This document shows, piece after piece, positions 1 through 10,291 of a stretch of DNA of 64,000 nt. Numbering within the stretch: the first letter of the stretch is position 1; every line of letters starts with the position of its first letter. The notes under the pieces are model-generated. The model saw only the letters and a program-made list of their open reading frames with translations, did no database searches and was not told the origin of the DNA. Source of the DNA: Acidobacteriota bacterium (GTDB taxonomy: Bacteria > Acidobacteriota > UBA890 > WLXD01); contig CBDBHB010000009.1 in assembly GCA_965205505.1 (NCBI GenBank), forward strand, positions 1,152,001 through 1,216,000, given 5' to 3'. The position numbers and the translations under genes are program-made.

Positions 1-11
1 GCCTGCAAAGC

Positions 12-1184
12 GTGCTGATTCCCGTCCGGGCGTCGCTCGAGCACTTCTCGACCGTGTCCATCGGCCTGATGGGCGGGGCGTATTTCCTAGGGTTCACCTT
101 TGGCTGCTTGCGCGGTGGCGACTTGGTGCGCCGCGTGGGCCACGTTCGGGTGTTCGCCGCGATGACCGCTGTCGCTTCCGCCGCGCCGCTGCTGCACGGG
201 CTTTGGGCGGCCGTCTGGATGTGGGCGGTCTTGCGGGTCATTTCCGGCTACTGCTTTGCAGTGCTCTACGTGGTCATCGAGAGCTGGCTCAACGAGCATG
301 CAACCAACGAGACACGGGGCACGGTGTTCTCGGCCTATGTCCTGATCACCCTGACCGTTCTCGCCGTCGGACAGCAGATGCTGCTGCTCTACGATCCGAA
401 TCGCATGGCGCTGTTCGCGATCGCCTCGGCCTTGGTCTCGTTGGCCGCCGTACCGGTGGTGCTGTCGAGCTCCGCCACCCCGCAGCAACCCGAGACGATC
501 AAGGTCGACATCCCGCATCTATACCGGCTTTCCCCGGCCGGTGTCACAGGGTCCCTGGCCGCGGGACTCGCCGCCGGCACGTTCTGGTCGCTGGCGCCAG
601 TGTTCACTGCCGCGCAGTCCTCGGACGTGAATCTAGCGGCATGGTTCATGACCGCGAGCGTGCTCGGCGGTGCCGTCGGTCAGTGGCCCCTCGGCCGGTG
701 GTCTGATCGTGTCGATCGACGCCTGGTGCTGGCGGTGATCACGCTCGTGGCGGCCGCCACCGGCGCGGCTATGTGGCTCATGGCGCCGCAGCTATCGATG
801 CTGGGCATCATCGCGCTCGCAGCCGTCTGGGGCGCGGTGTCTTTCCCCATGTACTCGATATCGGCGGCCCATGCCAACGACTATGCCGAGCCCGACGAGT
901 ACGTCCCGGTCTCGAGCGGCCTGCTGCTGATGTACGGGATCGGAGCGGTCATCGGGCCGTTCATTGCCTCCGCAATGATGACCTGGCTGGCGCCAGGGGG
1001 CCTCTATCTGTTTACCGGGTTTGTCAACGTCATCTTCGGCGTCTATCTGGTGTTTCGTACGCTGCGGCGCGCGCCGCCGTCGGAGCGAGCCCCGTTTACC
1101 GATGCCCTGGCGTCGGTGCAGACGGCCTCGAGCGTGTACGAAGAAGAGCTGTGCGACGAGGAGTTGGGCGAAGCGGAGTCATGA
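12..1184 (+). CDS. MFS transporter (YcaD-like), 5' end probably outside the window
   Basis: Many hydrophobic helices; MFS loop motifs (VRRVGHVR, GRWSDRVDRR, ESWLNE); frame runs to the window edge. Confidence 0.85.
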   Translation: MLIPVRASLEHFSTVSIGLMGGAYFLGFTFGCLRGGDLVRRVGHVRVFAAMTAVASAAPLLHGLWAAVWMWAVLRVISGYCFAVLYVVIESWLNEHATNETRGTVFSAYVLITLTVLAVGQQMLLLYDPNRMALFAIASALVSLAAVPVVLSSSATPQQPETIKVDIPHLYRLSPAGVTGSLAAGLAAGTFWSLAPVFTAAQSSDVNLAAWFMTASVLGGAVGQWPLGRWSDRVDRRLVLAVITLVAAATGAAMWLMAPQLSMLGIIALAAVWGAVSFPMYSISAAHANDYAEPDEYVPVSSGLLLMYGIGAVIGPFIASAMMTWLAPGGLYLFTGFVNVIFGVYLVFRTLRRAPPSERAPFTDALASVQTASSVYEEELCDEELGEAES

Positions 1185-1212
1185 GCCGGAATCCGCGCCC
1201 ACCGCGCGGCGC

Positions 1213-3513
1213 TCAGCGCTCGTTGCTGCCGAGCTCGAAAGAGCGCCGGGCCATCTCCTCGATCCGATCGGTGCTCTCGGTGATACGGATGAAACGGTCG
1301 GCGAGCACGTCATGAAAGATCTGCGTCTGTCCGCTGGTCGGCCAGTAGATCTCGAGGAGATCCACACTCGAGGCTGCTCCCAGACCGACCTCGGCACGCA
1401 GCGGGTTGGCGCCGAAGCTGCTGCCGCTGCCTACGTGTCGGTAGATTGAGCGTCGGAGGCCGTCTGACTCGACCTCGAGGCGAATGCGTGCACCGATTGC
1501 GGCGCGGTTCGATTGCGTGCCGACGAGCTTGATGGCGATCCAGTGGTTGCCGAAGCCGGGATTCTCGTACAGGGCGTTGAAGTAGGCGTCCTGCGGATAG
1601 AAGCCGCCGAGTTGCTCGAAGACATCCTGATCACCATCGTTGTCGATATCGGCGAAGGCGACCGCGTGGCCCTTGGCGAGGTGGCCAAAGCCACCTGCGT
1701 AGGTGACGTTTGTGAAGCGCTCTCCGCCGACGCTCCTGTACATCACGTTCGGCAGCAGAGCCTCGTAGCCCGGATAGCCGGTGCCGAGGAAGTAGTCGAG
1801 GTAGCCGTCGTTGTCGAGATCGCCGAAGTTGGAGCCCATCGGCAACGTTGCTTGGCCGATACCGTATTGCACTGCCACCTCGCGGAAGCCGCCTTGGCCG
1901 TCGCCGAGATAGAGGCGGGGAATCTTGGTGGTACGAGCTTCGTCCATCACGCTTGCCGCCGCCGGGGCGACGCGCGGCCCCCGGTGCTCGTCCGGGACCC
2001 CGTAGTTGTTCACCAGCAAGTCGAGCGCGCCGTCGTTATCGACGTCCCAGAACCACGTCGAGAATCCGGACGTCGGTGCTACAACCCCGACTTCGGGCGC
2101 CACGTCGGTGAACGTGCCGTCGCGGTTGTTGCGGTAAAGCCGGTTGTCGCCGTCCAGGTTCGATACGTAGAGGTCCGCAAAGCGGTCGCCATCGTAGTCG
2201 CCCCACGCGACGCCCTTGGCGCGCCGGAAGTTGCGCACGCCGGCGTTGTCGGCGACGTCGGTGAATGTGCCGTTTCCGTTGTTGCGGAACAGCTGTGATG
2301 GGCTTATCTGAGCGACGCTCGACTCGTTGCCCACGAACAGATCGAGGTCGCCGTCGTTGTCATAGTCGGCCCACCCCGCAGTCTGTGTCGGATAGTCAAC
2401 GGCCGCCAGGCCGGCCTCGAAGGTCACGTCGGTGAAGGTCAGATCGCCGTTGTTGCGCAGCAACGAGTTCGGCATGCGTCCGTCGGCTTCCAGCCAGGCA
2501 CCGCGCAGCACTAGGACGTCGAGGTCGCCGTCGTTGTCGTAGTCCGCTTGGTTGATATTGAGCCCGCCGAAGATACCTGCGAGGTTTGCAGCTTCGGTGA
2601 GCTCGACGAACGCACCGTCGCCCTGGTTGCGGAAGAAACGGAGCTGACCGTTGGAGTCCAGCGTCGAGGACACGACGTCGAGGTAGCCGTCGTTGTCGAA
2701 GTCGTCGACGATGGCGCCTCCGGCGTGGTCATAGCTGTCGAGCCGGGCCGCTGCGGCGACATTCTCGAAGCTCGGGAAGCCCTCATTCCCTTCGAATACG
2801 GTCGGGCTGAATGCCAATCCCTCGGGAACGCCGCCTGGATAGCGGCCAAGCTGCATGTACGCGATGTTGGCGAGCCACTTGGCGGTGAGATATAGCGCAT
2901 GTTGCGGCGGGATGTTCCGCAGCAGCCGCACCAGATGGCCCAGCGCCGCGTCGGCCGGCTCGACCTCTCGATGCGCTCCGGATGGCCCGGCCACGAGAAC
3001 GCAGCCGTTGTCGATACGTAGATCCACACAATTGGCCGTCATCGCCTCGCGTAGATACCCGACTGCTAGCCAGAAGTCGATGTTCGGTCCTACCGAAGCC
3101 CGTTCTGGGCCAGACAGGCCCGGGATCGACTCGAGCACCTGCTCGAGACGTTCGATTCCGCCTTGAACACCGATGCGGAGCTCAAACGCACCGAGCCTGC
3201 TGAGCCTTGCCGCTCGCTCGAGCGGCGAGGAGCCGGCAGCAGTTGCAGCGAGCTCCCTCCGTAGCCTTTCGACGTCTGCCGCTTCCTGGAAGGCGAGGGG
3301 CTTCGAGCGGCCGATTTCCGCCAGCAACGCCACCATCCTGGCGTGGCCAGAGGAGACCGTCTGCTGTTGAGCAGCCAAAGCGTTGACGACCCACCCGCTG
3401 CCTTCAACGTGGCTCGCCGCGTTTGGCGGGGGCTGAACGGGCGGTTCGGCGAGCCCAGCAACCATGGGGCTTCCGGCCAACAGCAGCAATAGCGCCAAGC
3501 GGAATCGGGACAT
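1213..3513 (-). CDS. CRTAC1-family FG-GAP repeat / ASPIC-UnbV secreted protein
   Basis: Signal peptide; repeated DxDNDGDLD motifs; C-terminal NRAAIGARI...GSSFG ASPIC/UnbV pattern. Confidence 0.85.
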   Translation of the reverse strand: MSRFRLALLLLLAGSPMVAGLAEPPVQPPPNAASHVEGSGWVVNALAAQQQTVSSGHARMVALLAEIGRSKPLAFQEAADVERLRRELAATAAGSSPLERAARLSRLGAFELRIGVQGGIERLEQVLESIPGLSGPERASVGPNIDFWLAVGYLREAMTANCVDLRIDNGCVLVAGPSGAHREVEPADAALGHLVRLLRNIPPQHALYLTAKWLANIAYMQLGRYPGGVPEGLAFSPTVFEGNEGFPSFENVAAAARLDSYDHAGGAIVDDFDNDGYLDVVSSTLDSNGQLRFFRNQGDGAFVELTEAANLAGIFGGLNINQADYDNDGDLDVLVLRGAWLEADGRMPNSLLRNNGDLTFTDVTFEAGLAAVDYPTQTAGWADYDNDGDLDLFVGNESSVAQISPSQLFRNNGNGTFTDVADNAGVRNFRRAKGVAWGDYDGDRFADLYVSNLDGDNRLYRNNRDGTFTDVAPEVGVVAPTSGFSTWFWDVDNDGALDLLVNNYGVPDEHRGPRVAPAAASVMDEARTTKIPRLYLGDGQGGFREVAVQYGIGQATLPMGSNFGDLDNDGYLDYFLGTGYPGYEALLPNVMYRSVGGERFTNVTYAGGFGHLAKGHAVAFADIDNDGDQDVFEQLGGFYPQDAYFNALYENPGFGNHWIAIKLVGTQSNRAAIGARIRLEVESDGLRRSIYRHVGSGSSFGANPLRAEVGLGAASSVDLLEIYWPTSGQTQIFHDVLADRFIRITESTDRIEEMARRSFELGSNER

Positions 3514-3583
3514 GGCGCGATTCTAAGCGACAACAAGGCGGCTGTCGGCCTGTCCTGGTTCTGTTCCCAGTCGCTTCCTACCG

Positions 3584-4309
3584 TCAGCTGAACTCGAACG
3601 TCACGGTCGTGCGTCCGCCGGAGATCACGATCTCCCGGGTAAGCGTGCCGAGCGCTTCGTGCCGCGCCTCGATGACGTATGACCCATCCGGGATCTGGTC
3701 GATCGTGAAGTTCCCGTCGTCGTCGGTAGTGGCATGGTACGGATGGCCGAACACGCTCAGGAACGCCGTCATCCACGGATGCACGTCGCAACGAATCGGA
3801 ATTCCGAGCTCCGGGGTGTCGAAGACGCGCCGCGTCTCCAGGCCTTGAATCGGCTGGCCGACGTTGAATTCGGGGCTGGCTGTCGGTCGCACGTGGATGC
3901 TGTGCAACGTCGGGTCGCTATTGCGAAACACCACCGTCTGACCCACGGTGGCCCGCAGCACGTGGGGCGTGTAAACGCACCCCTTCTGATCGAACACGAC
4001 CTCCGTATTGCCGCCGCCGCCGCGGGCATCACGCAGATAGACGACGACGTCGCGAAGTCCGCCCGAATCGCCGACATCTACCGGGCGGAGCATCATTGCT
4101 TCGGAGTGTTGCGACGAACAGTACGGCTCGGCCGCCAACGCCGCCGCCGTCGGTTCGGGCGCTACGCCGGTGAATGCTATGTGCCCCGCGACAGAGCCTT
4201 GCGCCGGCGGCTCGACCGATCCGATTCCCTTTGCCGGCTTCGACAGCAACGCAGCGCCGACGAACACGAGCACCGCCGCAAACAGTACGAATTTTCGCGA
4301 AGCACCCAT
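3584..4309 (-). CDS. Exported cupredoxin-like / carboxypeptidase-regulatory-like domain protein
   Basis: Signal peptide; DQKGCVYTPH, NSDPTLH and CDVHPWM (type-1 copper-like His/Cys/His/Met). ATG at 4309 chosen as start. Confidence 0.75.
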   Translation of the reverse strand: MGASRKFVLFAAVLVFVGAALLSKPAKGIGSVEPPAQGSVAGHIAFTGVAPEPTAAALAAEPYCSSQHSEAMMLRPVDVGDSGGLRDVVVYLRDARGGGGNTEVVFDQKGCVYTPHVLRATVGQTVVFRNSDPTLHSIHVRPTASPEFNVGQPIQGLETRRVFDTPELGIPIRCDVHPWMTAFLSVFGHPYHATTDDDGNFTIDQIPDGSYVIEARHEALGTLTREIVISGGRTTVTFEFS

Positions 4310-4341
4310 GCACAAGCCTACGAACGCTGCCGAGAGCGGCC

Positions 4342-5451
4342 CTACCAGCCGTCGAAAAAACCGCCATCGAACCAATCCCACAGCACGTACATTAGCAACT
4401 GCGTGCTTCGTGTGTGCGAGTTGGTCAGCTGTAGGCGAACGCCGACGTTGAGTAGTATGTGCTGGCGCTGATTCAGCGACATCTGCAGCTGCGGCACCAA
4501 GCTCCAGTCGACCCTGGCGCCGTCCGTCAATGCGACATCGCCGAGCACTTCGACCATTGGCGACCAGGTCCGTCCGAAATCGGCTTGGCTCCAGCTCCCA
4601 CCGACCACCGCTCGCCAGAGCGCCTCGTGGGACACCTTTTCGCGATCGGTGGAGAGCTCCACAGCCCCGAAAAGCTGCAGAAACAGATTGTTTGGCAGGA
4701 TCTGGCCGTAGGCGACGAAGGGCTCGAATCTCGCGACACCGGTGCCGAGACCCTGTTCTGTGCTGCCGGTGGGCAGGATCACCTCGCCGCCGACCGCCGC
4801 GATGGATCCGCTTTCGACGCTATGGTGAACTGTGTGCTTCACCGCGACGGCGATATCTCCCACACCGATGTTGCCCCAGCCGGCCTTGCCCGAGAGCTCG
4901 CGGGCGCCGAATGGCACGATGACCTCCCACATGCTGCGCGGTCCGAAGCGCTTCTCGTAGGTGATCTCGTTGAGCACGCCGCCGGCGCCGCTCGTGTTGA
5001 CGCCGAGCGTATAGACGGCCTCGTCCTCCGGAAACGCTTTCTCCGTAACCAGGGCGCGGGGTAGATTGAGCTCCCCACGCGGCCAGCGCTTGTCGGTGCA
5101 GAAGGTGCGCAGGTGATCCATGATCAGCTGCAGCTGCTGCATCGAGAAGGCCTCACCGAAGGCGGGCATGCTCGAGCTGAAGCCGCGCGACGGGCCGCCC
5201 TGATGGCTCACCGTGATCCAGTCGGCGTCGGGCTCGCGCGCGCCGAAGGAGCAGTCGGTAAAGTCGGGCAGGGGGTCGGTGAAAGCGACCTTCTCCAGAT
5301 CAACGCCACGACCGTCAGGCGCGTGACAGCTCGCGCAACCGATCTCGTAGAGCCCCCTTGGGGTCGTCGGGTACTGCGGTCCCTGCGCCACGGCAACCTG
5401 GGGCAACCCGAAGATCACGACCAGGAGGAATACGGCGCGTACGATCGTCAC
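4342..5451 (-). CDS. Monoheme cytochrome c fused to an outer-membrane beta-barrel (MetA-pathway/transporter-like)
   Basis: GTG start with AGGAG RBS; signal peptide; CASCH heme motif plus distal MPAF; C-terminal amphipathic strands (GVGDIAVAVKH, LPTGS) ending WDWFDGGFFDGW. Confidence 0.75.
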   Translation of the reverse strand: MTIVRAVFLLVVIFGLPQVAVAQGPQYPTTPRGLYEIGCASCHAPDGRGVDLEKVAFTDPLPDFTDCSFGAREPDADWITVSHQGGPSRGFSSSMPAFGEAFSMQQLQLIMDHLRTFCTDKRWPRGELNLPRALVTEKAFPEDEAVYTLGVNTSGAGGVLNEITYEKRFGPRSMWEVIVPFGARELSGKAGWGNIGVGDIAVAVKHTVHHSVESGSIAAVGGEVILPTGSTEQGLGTGVARFEPFVAYGQILPNNLFLQLFGAVELSTDREKVSHEALWRAVVGGSWSQADFGRTWSPMVEVLGDVALTDGARVDWSLVPQLQMSLNQRQHILLNVGVRLQLTNSHTRSTQLLMYVLWDWFDGGFFDGW

Positions 5452-5657
5452 GCTGGTACGCTCCTGCAAAGGCGCAATCGTACTCCATTCTCTGGCGAGC
5501 ATGGTGCGAATCGCGTCGGGCTGGCGAGGACCCTTTCGGCCGCTGTTCGGACGTCTGCAGCTGGTCGATGTAGGCGGGCGTTTGCTGCGCCAGTGTAGGG
5601 TTCTGACCGACCGTGGCGAGTGCCGGGCGCGTTTGCCCTGAGCGGAGCGAGGGAACG

Positions 5658-7877
5658 TTGAGCACGAGCGATTTCATTGAGGTTCGCAATCTCAGGATCG
5701 CCAAGTCGCTGTACGAGTTGGTTCGATCCGAGATCGCCCCTGGTACGGGGCTGGATCCTGACGAGGTGTGGAACGCTCTCGGTCGGATCGTGGAGGATCT
5801 CGGACCGGAGAATCGCCGGTTGCTGGAGGCCCGTGTGCTACACGAGCAACAGCTCGACAGCTGGTATCAGGAACGATTCGGGCAGGCCATCGACGAGAAC
5901 GAGTACCGGGGTTTCCTCCTGTCAACGGGCTACCTGCTTCCCGAGGGCGAAGATTTCCAGATCACCACCGAGAACGTCGATCCGGAGATCACGTCCATCG
6001 CCGGCCCGCAGCTCGTCGTGCCGGTGGACAACGCTCGATATGCCTTGAATGCGGCCAACGCGCGCTGGGGAAGCCTCTACGATGCGCTCTACGGGACCGA
6101 CGTGATCCCCGAGGACGACGGGGCGACGAAAGGGGCCGCGTACAACGTCGTTAGAGGCTCCCGAGTCGTCGCGTGGGCTGAGCAGTTCCTCGATGACGTA
6201 GCTCCGCTTGCTCAGGGCAGCCACTCTGATGCCGTTGGATTTCAGCTCGAAGACGGTGAGGACGGCAAGCGTCTGATCGTTCGGCTCGCCAACGGGCAGC
6301 AGACGCGGCTCGCAGAAGAGTCGGAGCTGGTCGGCTACACGGAGGAGGCGGGCACCCTCAGCGCGGTACTGCTCAGCAACAATGGACTGCACATTGAAAT
6401 CCGCATCGATCGCAGTCATCCGGTCGGGGCAGCGCATCCGGCGGGCGTGAGCGACGTGCAGCTGGAGAGCGCCGTCACGACAATCCAGGACTGCGAGGAT
6501 TCCGTTTCCGCTGTCGATGCCGCCGACAAGGTGGTCGTCTATCGCAACTGGCTCGGGATCATGAAGGGCTCCCTCGAGGCATCCTTCACGAAAAACCTCG
6601 AGCCGGTCGCCCGCCGGCTCAATCCCGATCGAACGTATCGAGCTGCTCGCGGCGGAACGCTTACCCTGCCTGGGCGCAGCCTGTTGTTGGTGCGAAACGT
6701 CGGTATCCACATGTACACGGACGCCGTGACCACCGCGGCGCGGGAGGCGATCCCCGAAGGGTTCCTCGACGCGTTGATCACCGCCTTCGCTGCCGTTCAC
6801 GATGTGAACGGAAACAGCTCAGTGCGCAACAGCCGCAGCGGCAGCATCTACATCGTCAAGCCGAAGCTCCACGGGCCCGAGGAGGTGGCCGCCACGGTCG
6901 AGCTGTTCGATCGTGTCGAGCAGACGCTAGGGTTGCCGCGTACGACGATCAAGATCGGGATCATGGACGAGGAGCGGCGCACCACGGTGAATCTCAAGGA
7001 GTGCATTCGCGCCGCCAAGGATCGCGTGGTCTTCATCAACACGGGATTCCTGGACCGCACCGGTGACGAGATCCACACCAGCATGCAGGCCGGGCCGATG
7101 ATCCCCAAGCCGGAGATCAGGAGCAGCCCATGAATGCTGGCCTACGAGGATTGGAACGTCGACGTGGGCATCGAGTGTGGCCTCCCTGGGCGGGGTCAGA
7201 TCGGCAAGGGCATGTGGGCGATGCCCGACCTGATGAGTGCGATGGTCGAGACCAAGGGCGAGCACCCCGCCTCGGGCGCCAGCACCGCATGGGTACCCTC
7301 GCCGACCGCCGCGACGCTGCATGCCCTGCACTACCACCGAGTGAACGTACGGGAGGTACAAGCGGCGACGGCCGCCCGCGCCCGGGCCCATCTGGGCGCC
7401 ATCCTCACGCCACCGCTTCTCGGTAGCCACCGACTGACCGACGAGGAGATCCAGCAGGAGCTGGACAACAACGCACAGGGCATTCTCGGCTACGTCGTTC
7501 GCTGGGTCGGACAGGGGATCGGCTGTTCCAAGGTGCCGGATATTGGTGACGTGGGTCTGATGGAGGATCGCGCCACCCTCCGAATCTCTAGCCAGCACAT
7601 CGCCAATTGGCTCCACCATGCGGTGGTTACCCAGGACCAGGTGGTCGCCACTCTCGAAAAGATGGCCGCGGTCGTCGACCGCCAGAATGCCGAGGATCCG
7701 GCATACACGCCGATGGTCCCGGAGCTCGAAGCCAGCGTGGAGTTCCAGGCGGCGCTGGATTTGGTCCTGAAGGGTCGGGACGAGCCCAACGGCTACACCG
7801 AGACCGTGCTCCATTCGCGCCGCCGAGAGTTGAAGGCCCGGAGCGGAGCGCATAGCGCGGCGGGTTCGACGTCATGA
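5658..7877 (+). pseudogene. glcB: Malate synthase G interrupted by an in-frame TGA at 7131-7133
   Basis: [44 protein letters not shown] and [13 protein letters not shown] motifs. ORFs 5613-7133 and 7134-7877 are in the same frame, and the TGA falls where Trp is normally found (W-x-x-AYEDWNV). Confidence 0.9.
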
Positions 7878-7955
7878 CTGGTGGACCTCTCTACACCTTC
7901 GCTCCGTTCGGTCCGGTGATCGCGACGGATCGCTCGGGTGCTCAGGCGACGTCGA

Positions 7956-9178
7956 TCAGCGGAGCTGTCGAAAGAAGGCGCGGATATCGTCGACAAGCAG
8001 CTCGGGCTCTTCGAGCGCGGCGAAGTGGCCGCCGCGCGGCATCTCGGTCCAGCGCGTGATGTTGTAACGGGCTTCGACCCAACTTCGCGGCGACAGCACA
8101 ACCTCTTCAGGGAACACCGCGTACGCCGTCGGGACCTGCACGGGTCCGTCCACTCCCGGGCTGGCTGAGTGCCGCCCTTCATAATAGAGCCGCATTGAGG
8201 AGGTGATCGACTGCGTCACCCAGTAGAGCATGACGTTGGTGATCAGTTCATCCTTGCTGAATCTGCTCTCCACATTGCCGTCGCTGGCGCTCCAGCTGCG
8301 GAATTTCTCGACCAGCCAAGCGGCCAATCCGGCCGGTGAGTCGTTGAGGCCATAGCCAAGAGTCTGCGGCTTGGTGCCCTGGATCTGGCCATAGCCCCAT
8401 TCTTCGCTCAACCAAGCCTGGCGCCGCTCCACCCACTCGATCTCCTGATCGGAGAGGCTTGCGTTGGGGTCTTCGGCGCCGGCGGGTGGTCCTATCCAGA
8501 TGAAGTTCAGGTGCACGCCGGCAACGTGATCGGGCTCGTTGCGACCTAGCCAAGCGCTGACCGATGAGCCCCAATCTCCCCCCTGAACGCCGTAACGTTC
8601 GTAGCCGAGACGTGCCATCAGCCGAGCGACGACCTGGCCCACCCGCCCGCTGTTGAACCCCCTTCCGTTCGGCTTCCCCGAGAAGCCTAGCCGGGTATCG
8701 ACGGGCAGATCACATGAAACGCATCCTCGGCGCGACCCCCATACGCGACCGGATCGGTCAGCGGTCCGATGATCTTGGCGAACTCGAAGACCGACCCCGG
8801 CCAACCGTGGGTGATCACCAGCGGCATCGCATCCGGTTCCTTCGAGCGCTGATGGATGAAGTGAACTCTTTGGTCGTCGATCTGGGCTGTGAACTGGTCG
8901 AAGCGGTTGAGCCGGCGCTCCTGCTCACGCCAGTCGTACTCTGTGAGCCAATATTCGATCAGCTCACGCAGGTACCCCAGCTCAGTACCGTAGTCCCACC
9001 CCGCTCCATCGATCTGATCTGGAAAGCGGGTGCGCTCGAGGCGCTGTCGGAGGTCGTCGAGAACCTCGTCGTCGACGCTGATCTCGAAAGCCGCAACAGA
9101 GAGCACTTGATCTTGACCGATGCCCGCAACGGGCAACGTCGACAGGATAATGATCGACGATACGATGCGTCCCCACAT
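7956..9178 (-). pseudogene. Epoxide hydrolase (EHN family) with a 1-nt frameshift near 8687
   Basis: HGWPGS, QGGDWGS, KPQTLGYGLNDSPAG and GGHFAALEEP motifs; the expected PSIPGYGFS reads ggc-ta-ggc (one base missing). Confidence 0.88.
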
Positions 9179-9195
9179 GCGGGCCCCCGCAACCC

Positions 9196-10291
9196 TCAAT
9201 CTGGGCGACTGCCCGGTTCCAGACCCTTCTCCGCCGCGGCACGTTCCTGGGCGCGCGCACCGCTCAGCACGTTGAAGAGTGCGTAGTTCGCCTCGTGGCA
9301 CGCATATTCAGGACTCGTGTAGGTGGTGGCGTCGTGCACCGTGAACTGGTAGTTGATCGTCTGCTCGTCGGCTCGGGTGAAGCGCTATAGACCGGTTCGC
9401 CAAGCGCTTTGAACGGCACCTCCCCACTCCACGGCGGTTACCTTCATGCTCTCGGAGCCGCCGGGGTAGACCCACAGCTGCCCCGTTGATCTGCTTCGGG
9501 GGGAGATTGCTGGTCTCGACGACGAGCGTGTCGCCCTCCCACCAACCCCACGAGTCACCCATCCATGGGCGCATGTGCCCCGCGAGTGGGGTGCGTTCGC
9601 CCAGCCTGATGATCCGCACATCGTGCACCATCTCGGTCATGATCATCACGTGATCGGCGGTCTGCACGATGGTGTAGCTGTTGTTGTAGAAATAATTGGG
9701 AAGCATCGGTGGGCTGGCATTGGAGCCGAACGACTTGATGCAGCGTTCGCCGAGCGGCCGGTTCTCCGGGTTGTCGAAATCGCCGAACTCGGCTCGCCGC
9801 GCGGCAGCCTCCTCGCGCGTCTCCTGTGCGGCGCGCGTCAGCGGCGGAAACCGGCCGTCTGGGGGGTCCACCACCAATGAGCTTCGGGGCTCGCCGTTGA
9901 ACACGGCCACCCGATCGCCGGCATCGATGTAGAAGTAGTTGTAGCCTCCCACCCCGCCTGCGGCTCCTGTCGAGCCATCGCCACCTACCGGCGGCGCCTC
10001 GCGGTCAGGGTCGCTGGGCTCGGCGAGTGAATGGATCCGGCCCTGCCGACGCCCTTCGATCTCGGCGACCCGCTCTGCACCGAGCACCGGCCCCTGACCC
10101 TCGGGGCGCTGAATGGGGGTGATTGTCGCGTTGGTCCAGTTGCCCTGCAGATCCGGATGACCGTCGGGAGTCCGGGGCGTGACCCATGGCTTCGTGTCGC
10201 CGGACTGGGTCTGTGCCATGACGGGCAAGGCCAGCCCGACGAGGACCGCCCCACACCAAAGTGCTCTTCCGCACCCTGCCAGGATCCTCAT
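9196..10291 (-). pseudogene. Conserved secreted hypothetical protein (RTPDGHPDLQGNW...EYACHE type), frameshifted and internally scrambled
   Basis: ATG overlaps the BCCT stop (ATGA); signal peptide; GDSWGWWEGDTLVVET motif; frameshift near 9482; 48-bp block displaced (see findings). Confidence 0.8.
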
